Shown: positions 1-10,780, counted from the stretch's first letter. The stretch is DNA of 64,000 nt from Paracoccaceae bacterium (GCA_041397225.1 JAWKXB010000001.1:431391-495390); one strand, 5' to 3'. Numbers and translations are program-made. The notes: generated from the letters alone by a model not told the origin.

Positions 1-1064
1 TCGGTGAACAGTCGCGGGCCGGGCGTCAGGCCCCAGATCACCATGCCGCCGAGAAGGATCGCAGTGGTGGGCGAACCGGGGATCCCCAGCGTCAGCATCG
101 GCAACATGGAGCCGGTGGAGGCGGAGTTGTTCGCGGCCTCGGGCGCGGCCACGCCGTCAGGGTTGCCCTTGCCGTAGGAATCCGGGTCTTTCGACGTCAG
201 CTTGCTGATCCCATAGGCCATGAGAGAACCCGGCGTCGCGCCCGCGGCCGGAAGGATTCCGACGAAGAAGCCGAGAAGCGAGCCGATCGACATACCCTTC
301 CAGCCCGTCCTGAATGACTCCTTGGTGTCATTCACCACGCCCTTGACGCTGATCTTGGCTTCGGTCGAGGTGATCTTGCCGCGCGTGGTGTCGATGGTCC
401 AAAGCATCTCGCCGATACCGTAGACGCCGATCGCCAGCACCAGGAAGTTGATGCCGTGAAGGAAGCCCGAGATGTCGAAGAAGACCAGCCGCGGAGCGCC
501 CGAAATCTCATCAAAACCAACCGCCGCAAAGACAAGGCCCAGGCAGATCGACAGGACCGTCTTGGGGATGTCGTCGCCGCCCAGGCCCACGAAGGTCGCG
601 AACGCCAGGAGCATCAGCGCGAAGATCTCCGGCGAGCCGAAGCTGAGCGCGACCGAAGCCAGGATCGGGGCGAACATCGTGAACAGGATGATCGAGACGG
701 AACCGCCGACGAAGGACGCGATGGCCGCCGTCACCAGAGCCAGACCGGCCTTGCCCTTCAGCGCCAGTGGCCGCCCGTCGAACGTAGTGGCCACAGCTGT
801 CGAAGCGCCCGGAATCCCCAACGTGATCGAACTTATCGCGCCGCCATACATCGCACCGTAGTAGATGGCGGCCAGAAAGATGATGGCAGAGGCGGGTGGC
901 ACCAGAAAGGTGATCGGCAAGAGGATCGCCACGCCGTTGACCGAACCCAGGCCGGGCATCATGCCGATGAACAACCCCAAAGTGACGCCCACGACGATCA
1001 GGATCAGGTTGATCGGCTGGACCGCCTCGAGAAGGCCGTCTGAGAGATGTGCGATTATTTCCAT
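1..1064 (-). CDS. tctA: Tripartite tricarboxylate transporter large permease TctA (C-terminal part runs off the window)
   Basis: Absent from the ORF track because it is open at the window edge. My minus-strand translation from ATG 1064 gives MEIIAHLSDGLLEAVQPINLILIVVGVTLGLFIGMMPGLG...LGIPGSPTTAILLGGMVIWGLTPGP, a polytopic TctA-type sequence. tctB and tctC lie immediately upstream. Confidence 0.85.
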   Translation of the reverse strand, partial: MEIIAHLSDGLLEAVQPINLILIVVGVTLGLFIGMMPGLGSVNGVAILLPITFLVPPASAIIFLAAIYYGAMYGGAISSITLGIPGASTAVATTFDGRPLALKGKAGLALVTAAIASFVGGSVSIILFTMFAPILASVALSFGSPEIFALMLLAFATFVGLGGDDIPKTVLSICLGLVFAAVGFDEISGAPRLVFFDISGFLHGINFLVLAIGVYGIGEMLWTIDTTRGKITSTEAKISVKGVVNDTKESFRTGWKGMSIGSLLGFFVGILPAAGATPGSLMAYGISKLTSKDPDSYGKGNPDGVAAPEAANNSASTGSMLPMLTLGIPGSPTTAILLGGMVIWGLTPGPRLFT

Positions 1065-1111
1065 GTTTTCAGTTCACTCCCTGGTCCACGCGGACATGCG
1101 GTTCTTGAACG

Positions 1112-1615
1112 TCAGTAGATGATGGTGTTGAGGAAGTTGAAGAACGGCTCGGTGAATCCGAGGCCCTTTGGCAGGGTCACACGCATGAGCGCCTCGAAGA
1201 AAAAGAAGAACACGACCGGGGTCAGGATCGAGATCGTCAGCGACACCCACAGGGAATGTCGCCCCAGGAACCAGAGATAGTAGAACAGAAAGACCAGCAT
1301 CGCGCCGTACATCGAGATGATGCCGACGAGCGCCACGAACACGAAAATGCCGCCGAAGACCTGCAAGAGCATCTTGCGGCCCTCGGCGTCGAGAACCGGT
1401 TCGGTGGATTGCGAAGGCGGAGAGGTCCGCCTGAACGCATTGAATGCAATCAGGGCCGTGCAGATTAGCATGATCGCCGAGAGCCAGAACGGCCACGCCC
1501 CGCCTCCCGGTCCTTCACCCCTGATATAGCCGATGTTCAACTCGGTACTCTTCCACATCATGTATATGGACAGGAGGGCCAGGATGCCCGCCGTTGTGAA
1601 CTCTCCGCGCCGCAT
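1112..1615 (-). CDS. tctB: Tripartite tricarboxylate transporter small permease TctB
   Basis: 167-aa hydrophobic protein with about 4 TM segments (MRRGEFTTAGILALLSIYMMW...). A GGGAGG SD precedes the ATG. It sits between tctC and tctA. Confidence 0.8.
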   Translation of the reverse strand: MRRGEFTTAGILALLSIYMMWKSTELNIGYIRGEGPGGGAWPFWLSAIMLICTALIAFNAFRRTSPPSQSTEPVLDAEGRKMLLQVFGGIFVFVALVGIISMYGAMLVFLFYYLWFLGRHSLWVSLTISILTPVVFFFFFEALMRVTLPKGLGFTEPFFNFLNTIIY

Positions 1616-1651
1616 TGCGACCTCCCTGAGTATCGAGTGAACGATCGGGCC

Positions 1652-2620
1652 TTATTCGCCCATTTCGGCGAGCAGTTCCTTGTGACGCGTGATCTGGGTG
1701 TCCCAGTAGGCGTGCTGCTCTTCCGGAGTCATCCAGAGCGGCGACAGGCTTTCGGTTTCCATGTAGCCCTGCCACTCCTCAGACTCGTAGATCGTCTTGA
1801 AGAGGTTCTGGTAGTACTCGGCGGCTTCGGCCGACTGCCCCGGCGCACCAACCACGGCACGCTGGTTGTAGTAGCTGAAGTCCTGGCCCTTCTCCTTCAC
1901 GGTCGGAACATCCGGGAACGCCGGCATCCGCTCGTCCGAGAAGGCAAGCAGCGGAACCACGTCGCCATTGGCATAAAAGCCCTTGGTCTCAGACGGGTTG
2001 TTCACGGTCGCCATGATCTGCTGGCCGGCGAGATCCTTGGCCACGTCGCCACCACCCTTGTACGGGATGTACTTGACCTTGATGTCGAAGGCCTTCTCCA
2101 GAAACGCGATGACGATCGAGTCTTCCTGACCCTTGCCGGTGCCGCCCATGATGTACTCGTCCGACGACTTCACGGTTTCGAGCCACTGCTCGAAGGTCGT
2201 GATGCCGCTGTCCTTGTGGACCCACAGGATGAAAGGATCGACGCCCATCATCGCGATCGGCGTGAAGGTCGTGACGTCAATGTCAAGGTCCGGCTGACGC
2301 AACGGCGTGGTGAAGAAAGAGTTGAGCGTCACGAGGATCGTGTGGTCCGGGTCGGACGCGGTGTTGAGCGCGATCAACGCCTCGGCGCCCGACCCGCCGC
2401 CCTTGTTGTTGGGAACCAGCGGACGGTTGGTCAGATCCTTCTTTTCCGCGACGGATTGAAGAAAGCGGGCGATCTGGTCAGCGCCGCCACCGGCACCGGC
2501 CATGATGACGAAATCCACGGGCTTGTTCGGTTCCCATGCCTGGGCCGCCCCCGCGATTGTCATCAGGCCAAGCGCAGCCGTACCGACAATTCTGGACAGT
2601 AGGTTTGTTGTAGTAGCCAT
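1652..2620 (-). CDS. tctC: Tripartite tricarboxylate transporter substrate-binding protein (Bug/TctC family)
   Basis: The track ORF opens at TTG 2644. ATG 2620 has a GGGAGGA SD and yields the signal peptide MATTTNLLSRIVGTAALGLMTIAGAAQA. The mature part is Bug/TctC-like (VDFVIMAGAGGGADQIARF). Confidence 0.85.
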   Translation of the reverse strand: MATTTNLLSRIVGTAALGLMTIAGAAQAWEPNKPVDFVIMAGAGGGADQIARFLQSVAEKKDLTNRPLVPNNKGGGSGAEALIALNTASDPDHTILVTLNSFFTTPLRQPDLDIDVTTFTPIAMMGVDPFILWVHKDSGITTFEQWLETVKSSDEYIMGGTGKGQEDSIVIAFLEKAFDIKVKYIPYKGGGDVAKDLAGQQIMATVNNPSETKGFYANGDVVPLLAFSDERMPAFPDVPTVKEKGQDFSYYNQRAVVGAPGQSAEAAEYYQNLFKTIYESEEWQGYMETESLSPLWMTPEEQHAYWDTQITRHKELLAEMGE

Positions 2621-2723
2621 TTGGTCCTCCCTTTGGCTTTTCAATGTGCAGCGGGAGTGTCCCGCTGGTGGTGAGACCGTTCTTGGCGCGGTCTTTGCAA
2701 TCTTTGTCGTTCCGCAACACCCT

Positions 2724-3581
2724 TCAGTGGTTCAGGAGCACCGGCAGCTTTGCGGTATCCACGATCGTCTGTGTATTGCCGCCGAAGACGGTTTCCCTTT
2801 CGTGGCTGTCGCCATAGGCGCCCATGATCATCATGTCGGCGCCAAGCTCGGCGCTGACGCGCAAAAGTTCGCCGCCCACCTTGCGGCTGGACGAGAAGTT
2901 CTCCACCGTCGCCTTGATGCCGTGCAGATCCAGATAGGCCAGCAGCTCGTCCGTCGAGGTTCCCGGTCCGGAATTCGATCCGTTGGACAGGATCCAGATC
3001 GTATCTGCCGCGCGCAGAACACTTTTGCATTGTGACAGGGCGCGCGCCGCCTCGGCGCTGCCGTTCCAGGCGATAGTGACCTTCGCAGACAGGGTTTGCG
3101 GCGGCGTCGCGGCAGGCGGACACATCAGGACCGGACGGCCCGAATGGAACAGCGCCGCCTTGAGCGTGTTGTGGCCTAGGTTCCGATCGCGATCGGGCTT
3201 GGCCACCGCGATCATGTCGGCAAGCCGTCCGCGCCGCTTGATGACATCGACCTGCCGCCCGGCCTCCTCGACGAAGGAAACCGAGGCCGCCTTGCCGATC
3301 TGCGCGCCGGTCGCATCCAGGTTCAGCTTTCCCGCCAGCGCTTCAAGCTCGGCCCGCAGTCCGGCCTCTTCCTGGTCGGCGACCTGATAGGACTGCTTGA
3401 TGATCTGATTGCGCAGGAATTCGGGGATGTGAACGCCGTAGGGCATGAGGTCTTCAGGACGAGGGCGGCAATGGACAACCTCGATATGAGCGACATGGCG
3501 ATGCGCGACCGCCGCGGCGTGGGCGAGGACGTTGTCGCCCTTGCCGTCGCCCCTGACCGGTACCAGAATCTTGCGTATCAA
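2724..3581 (-). CDS. Universal stress protein (tandem UspA domains)
   Basis: 285 aa with two Usp-like halves. The C-terminal half carries MMIMGAYGDSHERETVFGGNTQTIV. TTG start with a GAGGAG SD. It lies 12 nt downstream of fhs. Confidence 0.75.
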   Translation of the reverse strand: MIRKILVPVRGDGKGDNVLAHAAAVAHRHVAHIEVVHCRPRPEDLMPYGVHIPEFLRNQIIKQSYQVADQEEAGLRAELEALAGKLNLDATGAQIGKAASVSFVEEAGRQVDVIKRRGRLADMIAVAKPDRDRNLGHNTLKAALFHSGRPVLMCPPAATPPQTLSAKVTIAWNGSAEAARALSQCKSVLRAADTIWILSNGSNSGPGTSTDELLAYLDLHGIKATVENFSSSRKVGGELLRVSAELGADMMIMGAYGDSHERETVFGGNTQTIVDTAKLPVLLNH

Positions 3582-3593
3582 TTCGGTCTCTCC

Positions 3594-5261
3594 TCAGAAC
3601 AGGCCGTCGATCAGGCCGTCCTCGTTGATGCGGATGCTCTCGGCGGACGGAACCCTCGGCAGGCCCGGCATCGTCATGATCTCGCCGCAGATCACCACGA
3701 CAAAGCCGGCCCCGGCAGACAGCCGAACTTCGCGCACCGGCAAGGAATGCCCGCGCGGTGCGCCGCGACGGTTCGGGTCGGTCGTGAAGGAATACTGCGT
3801 CTTGGCCATGCAGACCGGCAGCTTGCCGTAGCCCTGTTCTTCCCAGGTCCTGAGCTGATCGCGGATCGATTTGTCGGCCAGCACCTCGTCGGCGCGGTAG
3901 ATGCGTTTTGCGATGGTCTCGATCTTCTCGAACAGGCCCATGTCGTCGGGATAGAGCGGCGCGAACTGCGCCGCCCCGCTTTCGACGATCGACACGACCT
4001 TCTTGGCCAGATCCTTGATCCCGGCAGACCCCTTGGCCCAGTGCTTGCAAAGCACCGCCTCCGAACCCTGAGACAAGACGTAGTTTTTGATCGCCTGCAC
4101 TTCGGCGTCGGTGTCCGACACGAAGTGGTTGATCGCCACCACCGCGGGAACCCCGAACTGCTTCACGTTCTCGATATGCTGGCCAAGATTGGCGCAGCCC
4201 TTCTTTACCGCATCCACGTTCTCGGAGCCGAGGTCGGCCTTCGCCACCCCGCCGTTCATCTTCATCGCCCGCACAGTGGCGACGATGACCACGGCCTCGG
4301 GTTTCAGTCCAGCCTTGCGGCACTTGATGTCGAAGAACTTTTCGGCGCCAAGATCGGCACCGAAGCCGGCTTCGGTGACCACGTAATCCGCCAGCTTCAG
4401 CGCCGTAGTGGTGGCCACGACCGAATTGCAGCCATGCGCGATGTTGGCGAAAGGGCCGCCATGCACGAAAGCCGGGTTGTTCTCGAGCGTCTGCACGAGA
4501 TTGGGCTGCATCGCCTGCTGCAAGAGGACCGTCATCGCGCCGTCGGCCTTGATGTCGCGGGCATAAACGGGTGACTTGTCACGGCGATAGGCGACGATGA
4601 TGTCGCCCAAGCGCTTTTCGAGATCCTTGAGGTCGGTCGCAAGGCAGAGGATCGCCATGACCTCGGAGGCGACCGTGATATCGAAGCCCGTCTGGCGCGG
4701 GAAGCCGTTTGCCACGCCGCCAAGGTTGACGACAGTATCGCGAAGCGCGCGATCGTTCATGTCCATCACGCGGCGGTAGGGAATGCGGCGGATGTCGATT
4801 TCCAGCTCGTTCCCCCAGTAGATGTGGTTGTCGAGCATCGCGGCCAGAAGGTTGTGGGCCGAGGTGATGGCGTGGAAATCGCCGGTGAAGTGGAGGTTCA
4901 TGTCCTCCATCGGCACCACCTGCGCCATGCCGCCCCCGGCTGCGCCGCCTTTCATGCCGAAGTTCGGGCCAAGCGAGGCTTCTCGAATACAGATTGCCGC
5001 CTTCTTGCCGATCGCGTTCAGCCCGTCGCCGAGGCCGACCGTAGTGGTCGTCTTGCCCTCACCCGCCGGGGTCGGGTTGATCGCCGTCACAAGGATCAGG
5101 TGGCCGTTCTTCTTCCTGGACAGCGACTTGATGAACTCTTCCGACACCTTGGCCTTGTCATGCCCGAAGGGCAGAAGATGCTCGGTCGGGATGTCCAGCT
5201 TCGCTCCGATCTCCTGGATCGGCTTCTTCTTGGCTTTGCGGGCGATTTCGATATCTGACAT
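3594..5261 (-). CDS. fhs: Formate--tetrahydrofolate ligase
   Basis: 555 aa, [25 protein letters not shown]..., with the nucleotide loop [14 protein letters not shown]. Full-length FTHFS architecture. Confidence 0.95.
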   Translation of the reverse strand: MSDIEIARKAKKKPIQEIGAKLDIPTEHLLPFGHDKAKVSEEFIKSLSRKKNGHLILVTAINPTPAGEGKTTTTVGLGDGLNAIGKKAAICIREASLGPNFGMKGGAAGGGMAQVVPMEDMNLHFTGDFHAITSAHNLLAAMLDNHIYWGNELEIDIRRIPYRRVMDMNDRALRDTVVNLGGVANGFPRQTGFDITVASEVMAILCLATDLKDLEKRLGDIIVAYRRDKSPVYARDIKADGAMTVLLQQAMQPNLVQTLENNPAFVHGGPFANIAHGCNSVVATTTALKLADYVVTEAGFGADLGAEKFFDIKCRKAGLKPEAVVIVATVRAMKMNGGVAKADLGSENVDAVKKGCANLGQHIENVKQFGVPAVVAINHFVSDTDAEVQAIKNYVLSQGSEAVLCKHWAKGSAGIKDLAKKVVSIVESGAAQFAPLYPDDMGLFEKIETIAKRIYRADEVLADKSIRDQLRTWEEQGYGKLPVCMAKTQYSFTTDPNRRGAPRGHSLPVREVRLSAGAGFVVVICGEIMTMPGLPRVPSAESIRINEDGLIDGLF

Positions 5262-5288
5262 GAGTTTTCCTAGCCGAGCTGAATTGAT

Positions 5289-6218
5289 TCAGGTGCCGAG
5301 CACATCGCCCGCCGAAAGACCGGCGGACGCCGCCCACTCGGCGGCCGTGATCTTGCCGCCGCCGGCAGGTTTGACCCGCTTCACAAGGATGCGCCCGCCG
5401 ATGCACTGAACGGTGACGCCGTCGTCCGAGACGTCCATGATCTTGCTGGATACCCCGTCGCCGGGGACACGCGCGGAATCGTAGACCTGGACTTCTTCGC
5501 CCTTGTGCGTCGTCCATGCGCCGGGGGAGGGGTTTGTGCCGCGAATGAGGTCGTAGACCTGCCCGACCGGCTTGTTCCAGTCGATATGCGCGTGCTTCCT
5601 AGTGCAGCGTCGCTCATATGTCGCCTTGCTTTCGTCAGGCACGATGTGCGGCGGATTGCCTTTACGGAAGAGATCGCAGACCTCGAGGACGGATTCGATC
5701 GCCGAGGGGTAGATCTTCTTGAAGTAGAGGTCGATCACCGTGTCGTCGGGGCCGATCTCGCATTCCCACTGCAGAAGGCTGTCGCCCTCGTCGAGCCCGT
5801 CGGACGGATAGAACCAGCTGTAGCCGGATTTCTTCGACCCCATGATGATAGGCCAGTTCACCGCACTCGGCCCGCGGTGCAGCGGCAGGAGCGAGGGATG
5901 GAAGCAGATCGAGCCATGCCTAGGCGTATCCCGAGCGGCCTCCGGCACGAAGACGTTGACGAAGGCCATGACCATCAGGTCGGCCTTGTAGCCCGCGAGC
6001 TTGTCGAGCGTCTTTTGATCCTCGAAGTTCGCGGGCTGTTCGATCGGCAAACCCTTTTCCAGCGCGAATTCCTTGATCGGATCGGCGGGCTTGCCCTCTT
6101 TATCCGGCTCGCAATAGACGGCCACGACCTCGTCCTCGCCATGCTCGAGGATCTTCGCCAACGCGTCCTTCCCGAACGCCTGCTGGCCCATCACGATGAG
6201 GCGCATCGCATCGCTCAT
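5289..6218 (-). CDS. Stand-alone formyltransferase resembling the N-terminal domain of 10-formyl-THF dehydrogenase
   Basis: 309 aa with Formyl_trans N+C layout. Motifs [20 protein letters not shown] and SDGLDEGD. Colinear, from my memory of the sequence, with the ALDH1L1 N-terminal hydrolase domain. The start overlaps the frc stop (ATGA). Confidence 0.7.
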   Translation of the reverse strand: MSDAMRLIVMGQQAFGKDALAKILEHGEDEVVAVYCEPDKEGKPADPIKEFALEKGLPIEQPANFEDQKTLDKLAGYKADLMVMAFVNVFVPEAARDTPRHGSICFHPSLLPLHRGPSAVNWPIIMGSKKSGYSWFYPSDGLDEGDSLLQWECEIGPDDTVIDLYFKKIYPSAIESVLEVCDLFRKGNPPHIVPDESKATYERRCTRKHAHIDWNKPVGQVYDLIRGTNPSPGAWTTHKGEEVQVYDSARVPGDGVSSKIMDVSDDGVTVQCIGGRILVKRVKPAGGGKITAAEWAASAGLSAGDVLGT

Positions 6219-7489
6219 TCCGCGGCCACCTTGTTGACGTCGCCGACCGCGCCGGAGCCGATGATCCGCTCAAGCTCCTCGCCCTCGTAGCCGAGCACCT
6301 TCGACAGGATTTCCGACGTGTGCTCGCCCAGAAGCGGCGAGCGTGTCACCTCGACGGGGCTGTCGGACATCTTGATCGGACAGCCCACGGAAAGGTATTT
6401 GCCCCGCTCGGGGTGATCGACCTCGACAATGGTGCCGGTCGCGCGCAGCCCCTCGTCCTCGGCGATCTCCTTCATGCTCAGGATCGGGCCGACGGGAATG
6501 TCATGCGGGTTGCAGATATCCATGACCTCGAACTTGGTCTTGGTCATCGTCCAATCCTCGATGGCGCCGAAGATCTGGTTCAGTCGCGGCAGACGCGCTT
6601 TCGGCGTGGCGAAATCGGGATCGGACTTCCACTCGGGCTTGCCGATTACATCGCAGACCTTTTCCCATACGGCGGCCTGCGTGATGAAATAGGTGTAGGC
6701 GTTCGGGTCGGTTTCCCAGCCTTTGCACTTCAGGATGCGCCCCGGCTGGCCTCCGCCGGAATCGTTCCCGGCCCGTGGCGTCGCATCGCCGAACTCGATA
6801 CCTTCGCCGAACTGCGAGTATTCCGTCAGCGGGCCGGCTTCCAATCGCTGCTGATCCCGCAGTTTGACGCGGCAAAGGTTCAGAACCCCGTCCTGCATCG
6901 CGGCCAGCACCTTCTGGCCGCGTCCGCTTTTCTCGCGCTGGAACAAGGCCGAGACGATCCCGAGGGCAAGGTGCAGGCCAGTGCCGCTGTCGCCGATCTG
7001 TGCGCCCGTCACCAAGGGCGGTCCATCGCGGAACCCGGTGGTCGAGGCGGACCCGCCAGCGCATTGCGCCACATTCTCGTAGACCTTGCAGTCCTCGTAC
7101 TTGCCTGGGCCAAAGCCCTTTACCGAGGCGACGATGATCCGCGGATTGATCTTCTGGATATTCTCCCACGAGAACCCCATTCGGTCGAGCGCACCGGGGG
7201 CAAAGTTCTCGACCAGCACGTCGCACGTCTCGATCAGTCTGGTCAGAACTTCCTTGCCGATTTCGTTCTTCGAGTTAATCTCGATCGAGCGCTTGTTATG
7301 GTTCAGCATCGTGAAATAGAGACTGTCTGCCCCCGGCTTGTCGACCAGTTGCTTGCGCGTCGCATCACCCACGCCGGGGCGTTCCACCTTGATCACATCC
7401 GCGCCGAGCCAAGCCAGAAGCTGGGTGCAGGTCGGCCCGGACTGCACATGCGTGAAATCGAGAACCTTGATGCCTTCGAGAGCTTTCAT
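6215..7489 (-). CDS. frc: Formyl-CoA:oxalate CoA-transferase
   Basis: 424 aa, [36 protein letters not shown]..., a class III CoA-transferase. Near-colinear with O. formigenes Frc / E. coli YfdW as I recall them. Adjacent to oxc. Confidence 0.92.
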   Translation of the reverse strand: MKALEGIKVLDFTHVQSGPTCTQLLAWLGADVIKVERPGVGDATRKQLVDKPGADSLYFTMLNHNKRSIEINSKNEIGKEVLTRLIETCDVLVENFAPGALDRMGFSWENIQKINPRIIVASVKGFGPGKYEDCKVYENVAQCAGGSASTTGFRDGPPLVTGAQIGDSGTGLHLALGIVSALFQREKSGRGQKVLAAMQDGVLNLCRVKLRDQQRLEAGPLTEYSQFGEGIEFGDATPRAGNDSGGGQPGRILKCKGWETDPNAYTYFITQAAVWEKVCDVIGKPEWKSDPDFATPKARLPRLNQIFGAIEDWTMTKTKFEVMDICNPHDIPVGPILSMKEIAEDEGLRATGTIVEVDHPERGKYLSVGCPIKMSDSPVEVTRSPLLGEHTSEILSKVLGYEGEELERIIGSGAVGDVNKVAAE

Positions 7490-7528
7490 TACGAAATCCT
7501 GTCGTTACGGGTTTTCCTGCGCGCCTGA

Positions 7529-9280
7529 CTACTTCTTGCCAACGACGCTGACCGGGTTGAGGCTGCCGATATTGCCGCTTTCCTTGCCCGCGGCGGGGTC
7601 GATCATGGCGTTGATCAGCGTTGGCTTGCCCGAATCCATGGCTTCATTGACCGCGCGTGTCAGTTCGTCGGGATTCGTGACCTGAACGCCGACACCGCCG
7701 AAAGCCTGCATCATCACGTCGTAGCGTGCGTTCTCGACAAAGACGGTCGTCGCCACATCAGGGCCACCCGACTTGTTCACATCCGTGCCGCGGTAGATGC
7801 CGTTGTTGTTGAAGACCACGATGCAGACCGGCAGCTTGTAGCGGCAGATCGTCTCAACCTCCATGCCGGAGAAGCCGAAGGCGCTGTCGCCCTCGATCGC
7901 CAGAACCGGATGGCCGGTTTCTACCGCCGCGGCGATCGCGCTGCCCATGCCGACCCCCATCACTCCCCAGGTGCCGACATCAAGGCGCTTACGCGGCTTC
8001 GACATGTCGATGATCGACCGGGCGAAATCGAGCGTGTTGGCGCCCTCGTTCACCAGCATCGCGTCCGGACGTTCCGCGATGATCCGCTTCAGCGCGCCCA
8101 GCGCGCCTTCGTAGTCCATCGGGGAGTTATTGTTCTGAAGCTTGGTCGCCATCTTCGCGACATTCGCGTCCTTCTTGGATTTGACTGCACCGGTCCATTC
8201 CGCCGACGGCTTCTTCCAGTCCTTGCCCATGCCGTCGAGCAGCGCCGACAGCACCGATCCGATGTCGCCGACCAGCGGGGCGGCGATTTCGACGTTGCTG
8301 TCCATCTCCTTGGGCTCGATGTCGATCTGGACAAACCTGGTCGAATGCGGCTCGCCCCACTGCTTGCCTTTCCCGTGCGACAAGAGCCAGTTGAGCCGCG
8401 CACCGACCATGATCACGACGTCGGCCTCTTTCAGCACGAGCGACCGTGCCGGACTGGCCGACAGTTCATGCGTGTCGGGCAGAAGACCCTTGGCCATGCT
8501 CATCGGGAGATAGGGGATGCCGCTGGTTTCAACGAATTTCTTCACCAGATCATCCGCTTGCGCATAGGCCGCGCCCTTGCCGAGGATGATGAGCGGCTTT
8601 TTCGCGCCCCTGATCACGTCGAGCGCGCGCCTGACCGCCGCAGGTGCCGGAATTTGCGCTGGCGCCGGGTCGATCACCTTGACCAGAGACTTCTGGCCTT
8701 CGACCTCGTCGATCACCTGGCCCAGAAGTGCGCCGGGAATATCGAGATAGACGCCGCCGGGACGTCCGGAGACTGCTGCGCGGATTGCGCGTGCGACGCC
8801 GATGCCGATATCCCGTGCATGCAGAATGCGGTAGGCGGCTTTGCAAAGCGGCTTGGCGATCGCGAGTTGGTCCATCTCTTCATAGTCGCCCTGCATCAGA
8901 TCGACGATTTCGCGCTCGGACGATCCCGAAATCAGGATCATAGGCCAACAGTTCGTCGTGGCATGCGCCAGCGCCGTCAGACCATTCAGAAAACCCGGTG
9001 CCGAAACCGTGAGACAGATGCCCGGCTTCCTGGTCAGGAATCCGGCTACGGCAGCCGCGTTGCCCGCATTCTGTTCATGCCGGAACGAAAGGACGCGAAT
9101 GCCCGCCGCCTGGGCCATGCGGCCAAGATCGGTGATCGGAATGCCCGGCACGCCGTAGATCGTGCTGACGTCGTTCAGCTTGAGCGCGTCGATCAGAAGG
9201 TGAAAACCATCTGTCAGCGCCCCCGACGCGGTGTCATCTTTCTTCGCATCCAATGCGGGCGCCGTGCTGGTCGTCGTCAT
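7529..9280 (-). CDS. oxc: Oxalyl-CoA decarboxylase (ThDP-dependent)
   Basis: 583 aa. ThDP motif [33 protein letters not shown]. Directly upstream of frc. Confidence 0.9.
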   Translation of the reverse strand: MTTTSTAPALDAKKDDTASGALTDGFHLLIDALKLNDVSTIYGVPGIPITDLGRMAQAAGIRVLSFRHEQNAGNAAAVAGFLTRKPGICLTVSAPGFLNGLTALAHATTNCWPMILISGSSEREIVDLMQGDYEEMDQLAIAKPLCKAAYRILHARDIGIGVARAIRAAVSGRPGGVYLDIPGALLGQVIDEVEGQKSLVKVIDPAPAQIPAPAAVRRALDVIRGAKKPLIILGKGAAYAQADDLVKKFVETSGIPYLPMSMAKGLLPDTHELSASPARSLVLKEADVVIMVGARLNWLLSHGKGKQWGEPHSTRFVQIDIEPKEMDSNVEIAAPLVGDIGSVLSALLDGMGKDWKKPSAEWTGAVKSKKDANVAKMATKLQNNNSPMDYEGALGALKRIIAERPDAMLVNEGANTLDFARSIIDMSKPRKRLDVGTWGVMGVGMGSAIAAAVETGHPVLAIEGDSAFGFSGMEVETICRYKLPVCIVVFNNNGIYRGTDVNKSGGPDVATTVFVENARYDVMMQAFGGVGVQVTNPDELTRAVNEAMDSGKPTLINAMIDPAAGKESGNIGSLNPVSVVGKK

Positions 9281-9307
9281 TTTCGTCCTCGTGATGTCCG
9301 TTGGAAT

Positions 9308-10096
9308 TCAGCCGGCCATGCTTTTCAGCGAGCCGAGAGTCTCTAGTCTCGTCCATGTCTTGCTGATGTGGTCGTGCAGCCGCATCGTGTGTTCCCGCAC
9401 CCGACGGGATGCGAGGTCTGCGTCCCTCGCCATCAGCGCGTCGATGATCTGCATGTGATCGGCAACCGAACGGCGGGCACGGTCGCTTTCGCCCATCGCC
9501 CGCCGCCGCACTGCCTGCATATGGGTGAACAGGCCGTCCGCGGTCGTGCGCAGAAGCGAGCAGCCGGAAAGCTCAAGTATGGTCTGATGGAATTTGATGT
9601 TGGCGTCCGAATACTCCTCGATATCCGCCCGCTCCACATCGCTGCTGTGCTTGATCGCGAAGTTCCGCAATGCCTGAAGGTCGTGTTCGCTGGCGTTCTC
9701 GGTCGCCAGGCGCGCGGCCATGCTCTCGAGCGCGGCCCAGGTCACGACCATTTCAAGAATCTCTTCGCGCGACTTGCGGCAGACGAAGACGCCCTTGCGC
9801 GGAAGGATCTCGATCAGCCCGTCCTGCGCCAGCCGCGCCAGCGCCTCGCGGATCGGCGTCCTTGAAATCCCCAACCGCTCCGCCATCTGCCGCTCATCCA
9901 GACGGAGGTCGGCGTCGGGCTTGTAGATATCCATTTCCAGTATCGCGGCGCGGAGCACCTTGAAGGTGTGATCCTTCAGCGTGAAGTTCTCAGCGATGGG
10001 GCTAAGCTTGTCGCCGATCGACACCTGCCACGTCCTCCCACGGTACGTCGCGTCCATCATCGAGCCAGCGGAGCGCGTTCGTATGTGGTATACCAT
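9308..10096 (-). CDS. GntR-family transcriptional regulator (FadR/FCD subfamily)
   Basis: The wHTH is LDERQMAERLGISRTPIREALARLAQDGLIEILPRKGVFV, followed by an all-helical FCD-like C-terminus. The ATG at 10096 lies inside a palindromic operator, so the real start may be ATG 10060 or 10057. The gene ends 27 nt upstream of oxc. Confidence 0.85.
   Translation of the reverse strand: MVYHIRTRSAGSMMDATYRGRTWQVSIGDKLSPIAENFTLKDHTFKVLRAAILEMDIYKPDADLRLDERQMAERLGISRTPIREALARLAQDGLIEILPRKGVFVCRKSREEILEMVVTWAALESMAARLATENASEHDLQALRNFAIKHSSDVERADIEEYSDANIKFHQTILELSGCSLLRTTADGLFTHMQAVRRRAMGESDRARRSVADHMQIIDALMARDADLASRRVREHTMRLHDHISKTWTRLETLGSLKSMAG
10081..10095. promoter_or_regulatory. Candidate GntR operator, copy 1 (GTATGTGGTATACCA; core palindrome TGGTATACCA)
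   Basis: Perfect 10-bp palindrome fitting the FadR-subfamily consensus t.GT.n.AC.a. The 15-mer is repeated in inverted orientation at 10171-10185. Confidence 0.6.
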
Positions 10097-10154
10097 ACAC
10101 CTCGCGTCTTAACCGTCAAACCATTTCTTCTCCTTTGTTTCCTCGCAAAAAAGG

Positions 10155-10185
10155 TTGACAGCCGATGTTCTGGTATACCACATAC
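10155..10185. promoter_or_regulatory. Candidate promoter -35 (TTGACA, 10155-10160) plus GntR operator copy 2 (TGGTATACCACATAC, 10171-10185)
   Basis: Exact reverse complement of the 10081-10095 15-mer. It sits 10 nt downstream of a consensus TTGACA and upstream of the isochorismatase-sucCD-like operon. Confidence 0.55.
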
Positions 10186-10216
10186 CACCTAGATTTCGTT
10201 CCGGGGGACATGCGAT

Positions 10217-10759
10217 TTGCTGATCAGGGCAAACGATTCGGCGCTCATCGTCATCGATATGCAGGAGCGTTTGGTTCCCGCCATGCAGGCCCCCGCCCGC
10301 ACCATCCGCAACACCAGGCTGCTGCTTCATGCCGCTGCGAAAACCGGCGTGCCCGCGCTGCTGACGGAACAGTACCCGCAAGGGCTGGGCCCCACCGTTC
10401 CCGAGATCAGGAAAGCAGCAGGCGACAGCACTATCCTGCCGAAGATGCATTTTTCATGCATGGAGGATCAGGGCTTTGCTGCTGCGTTCCGCGCTCTCGA
10501 CCGGCGTCAGGCGATCCTGACCGGGATGGAGGCGCATATATGCGTCGTGCAGACTGCCGCCAGCCTGGTCGAAGCGGGATTCGACGTGTTCGTCGTGTCT
10601 GACGCGACAGCCTCAAGAACCATCGAAAGCGAACAGGCCTGCCTTGCCCGGCTCGGTGCGGCTGGCGTAAGCATCGTCACGACCGAGATGGTGATCTTCG
10701 AATGGCTGGGGCAGGCTGGCACCGAAGCCTTCAAGGAAATGCTGCCGCTGATAAAGTGA
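10217..10759 (+). CDS. Isochorismatase-family hydrolase
   Basis: 180 aa, ALIVIDMQERLV...ILTGMEAHICVVQTAASL (catalytic Cys region). TTG start with a GGGGGA SD. Confidence 0.8.
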   Translation: MLIRANDSALIVIDMQERLVPAMQAPARTIRNTRLLLHAAAKTGVPALLTEQYPQGLGPTVPEIRKAAGDSTILPKMHFSCMEDQGFAAAFRALDRRQAILTGMEAHICVVQTAASLVEAGFDVFVVSDATASRTIESEQACLARLGAAGVSIVTTEMVIFEWLGQAGTEAFKEMLPLIK

Positions 10760-10780
10760 CACGACGACAGGGAGAAACCG

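Noticed and set aside
2649-2694. Two GC-rich hairpins (CAGCGGGA-gtg-TCCCGCTG; AGACCG-N9-CGGTCT) between usp and tctC as intrinsic terminators
   Set aside because: Neither is followed by a U-tract in the transcribed (minus) orientation. They could be terminators, or part of the tctC leader, but this cannot be decided from sequence alone.
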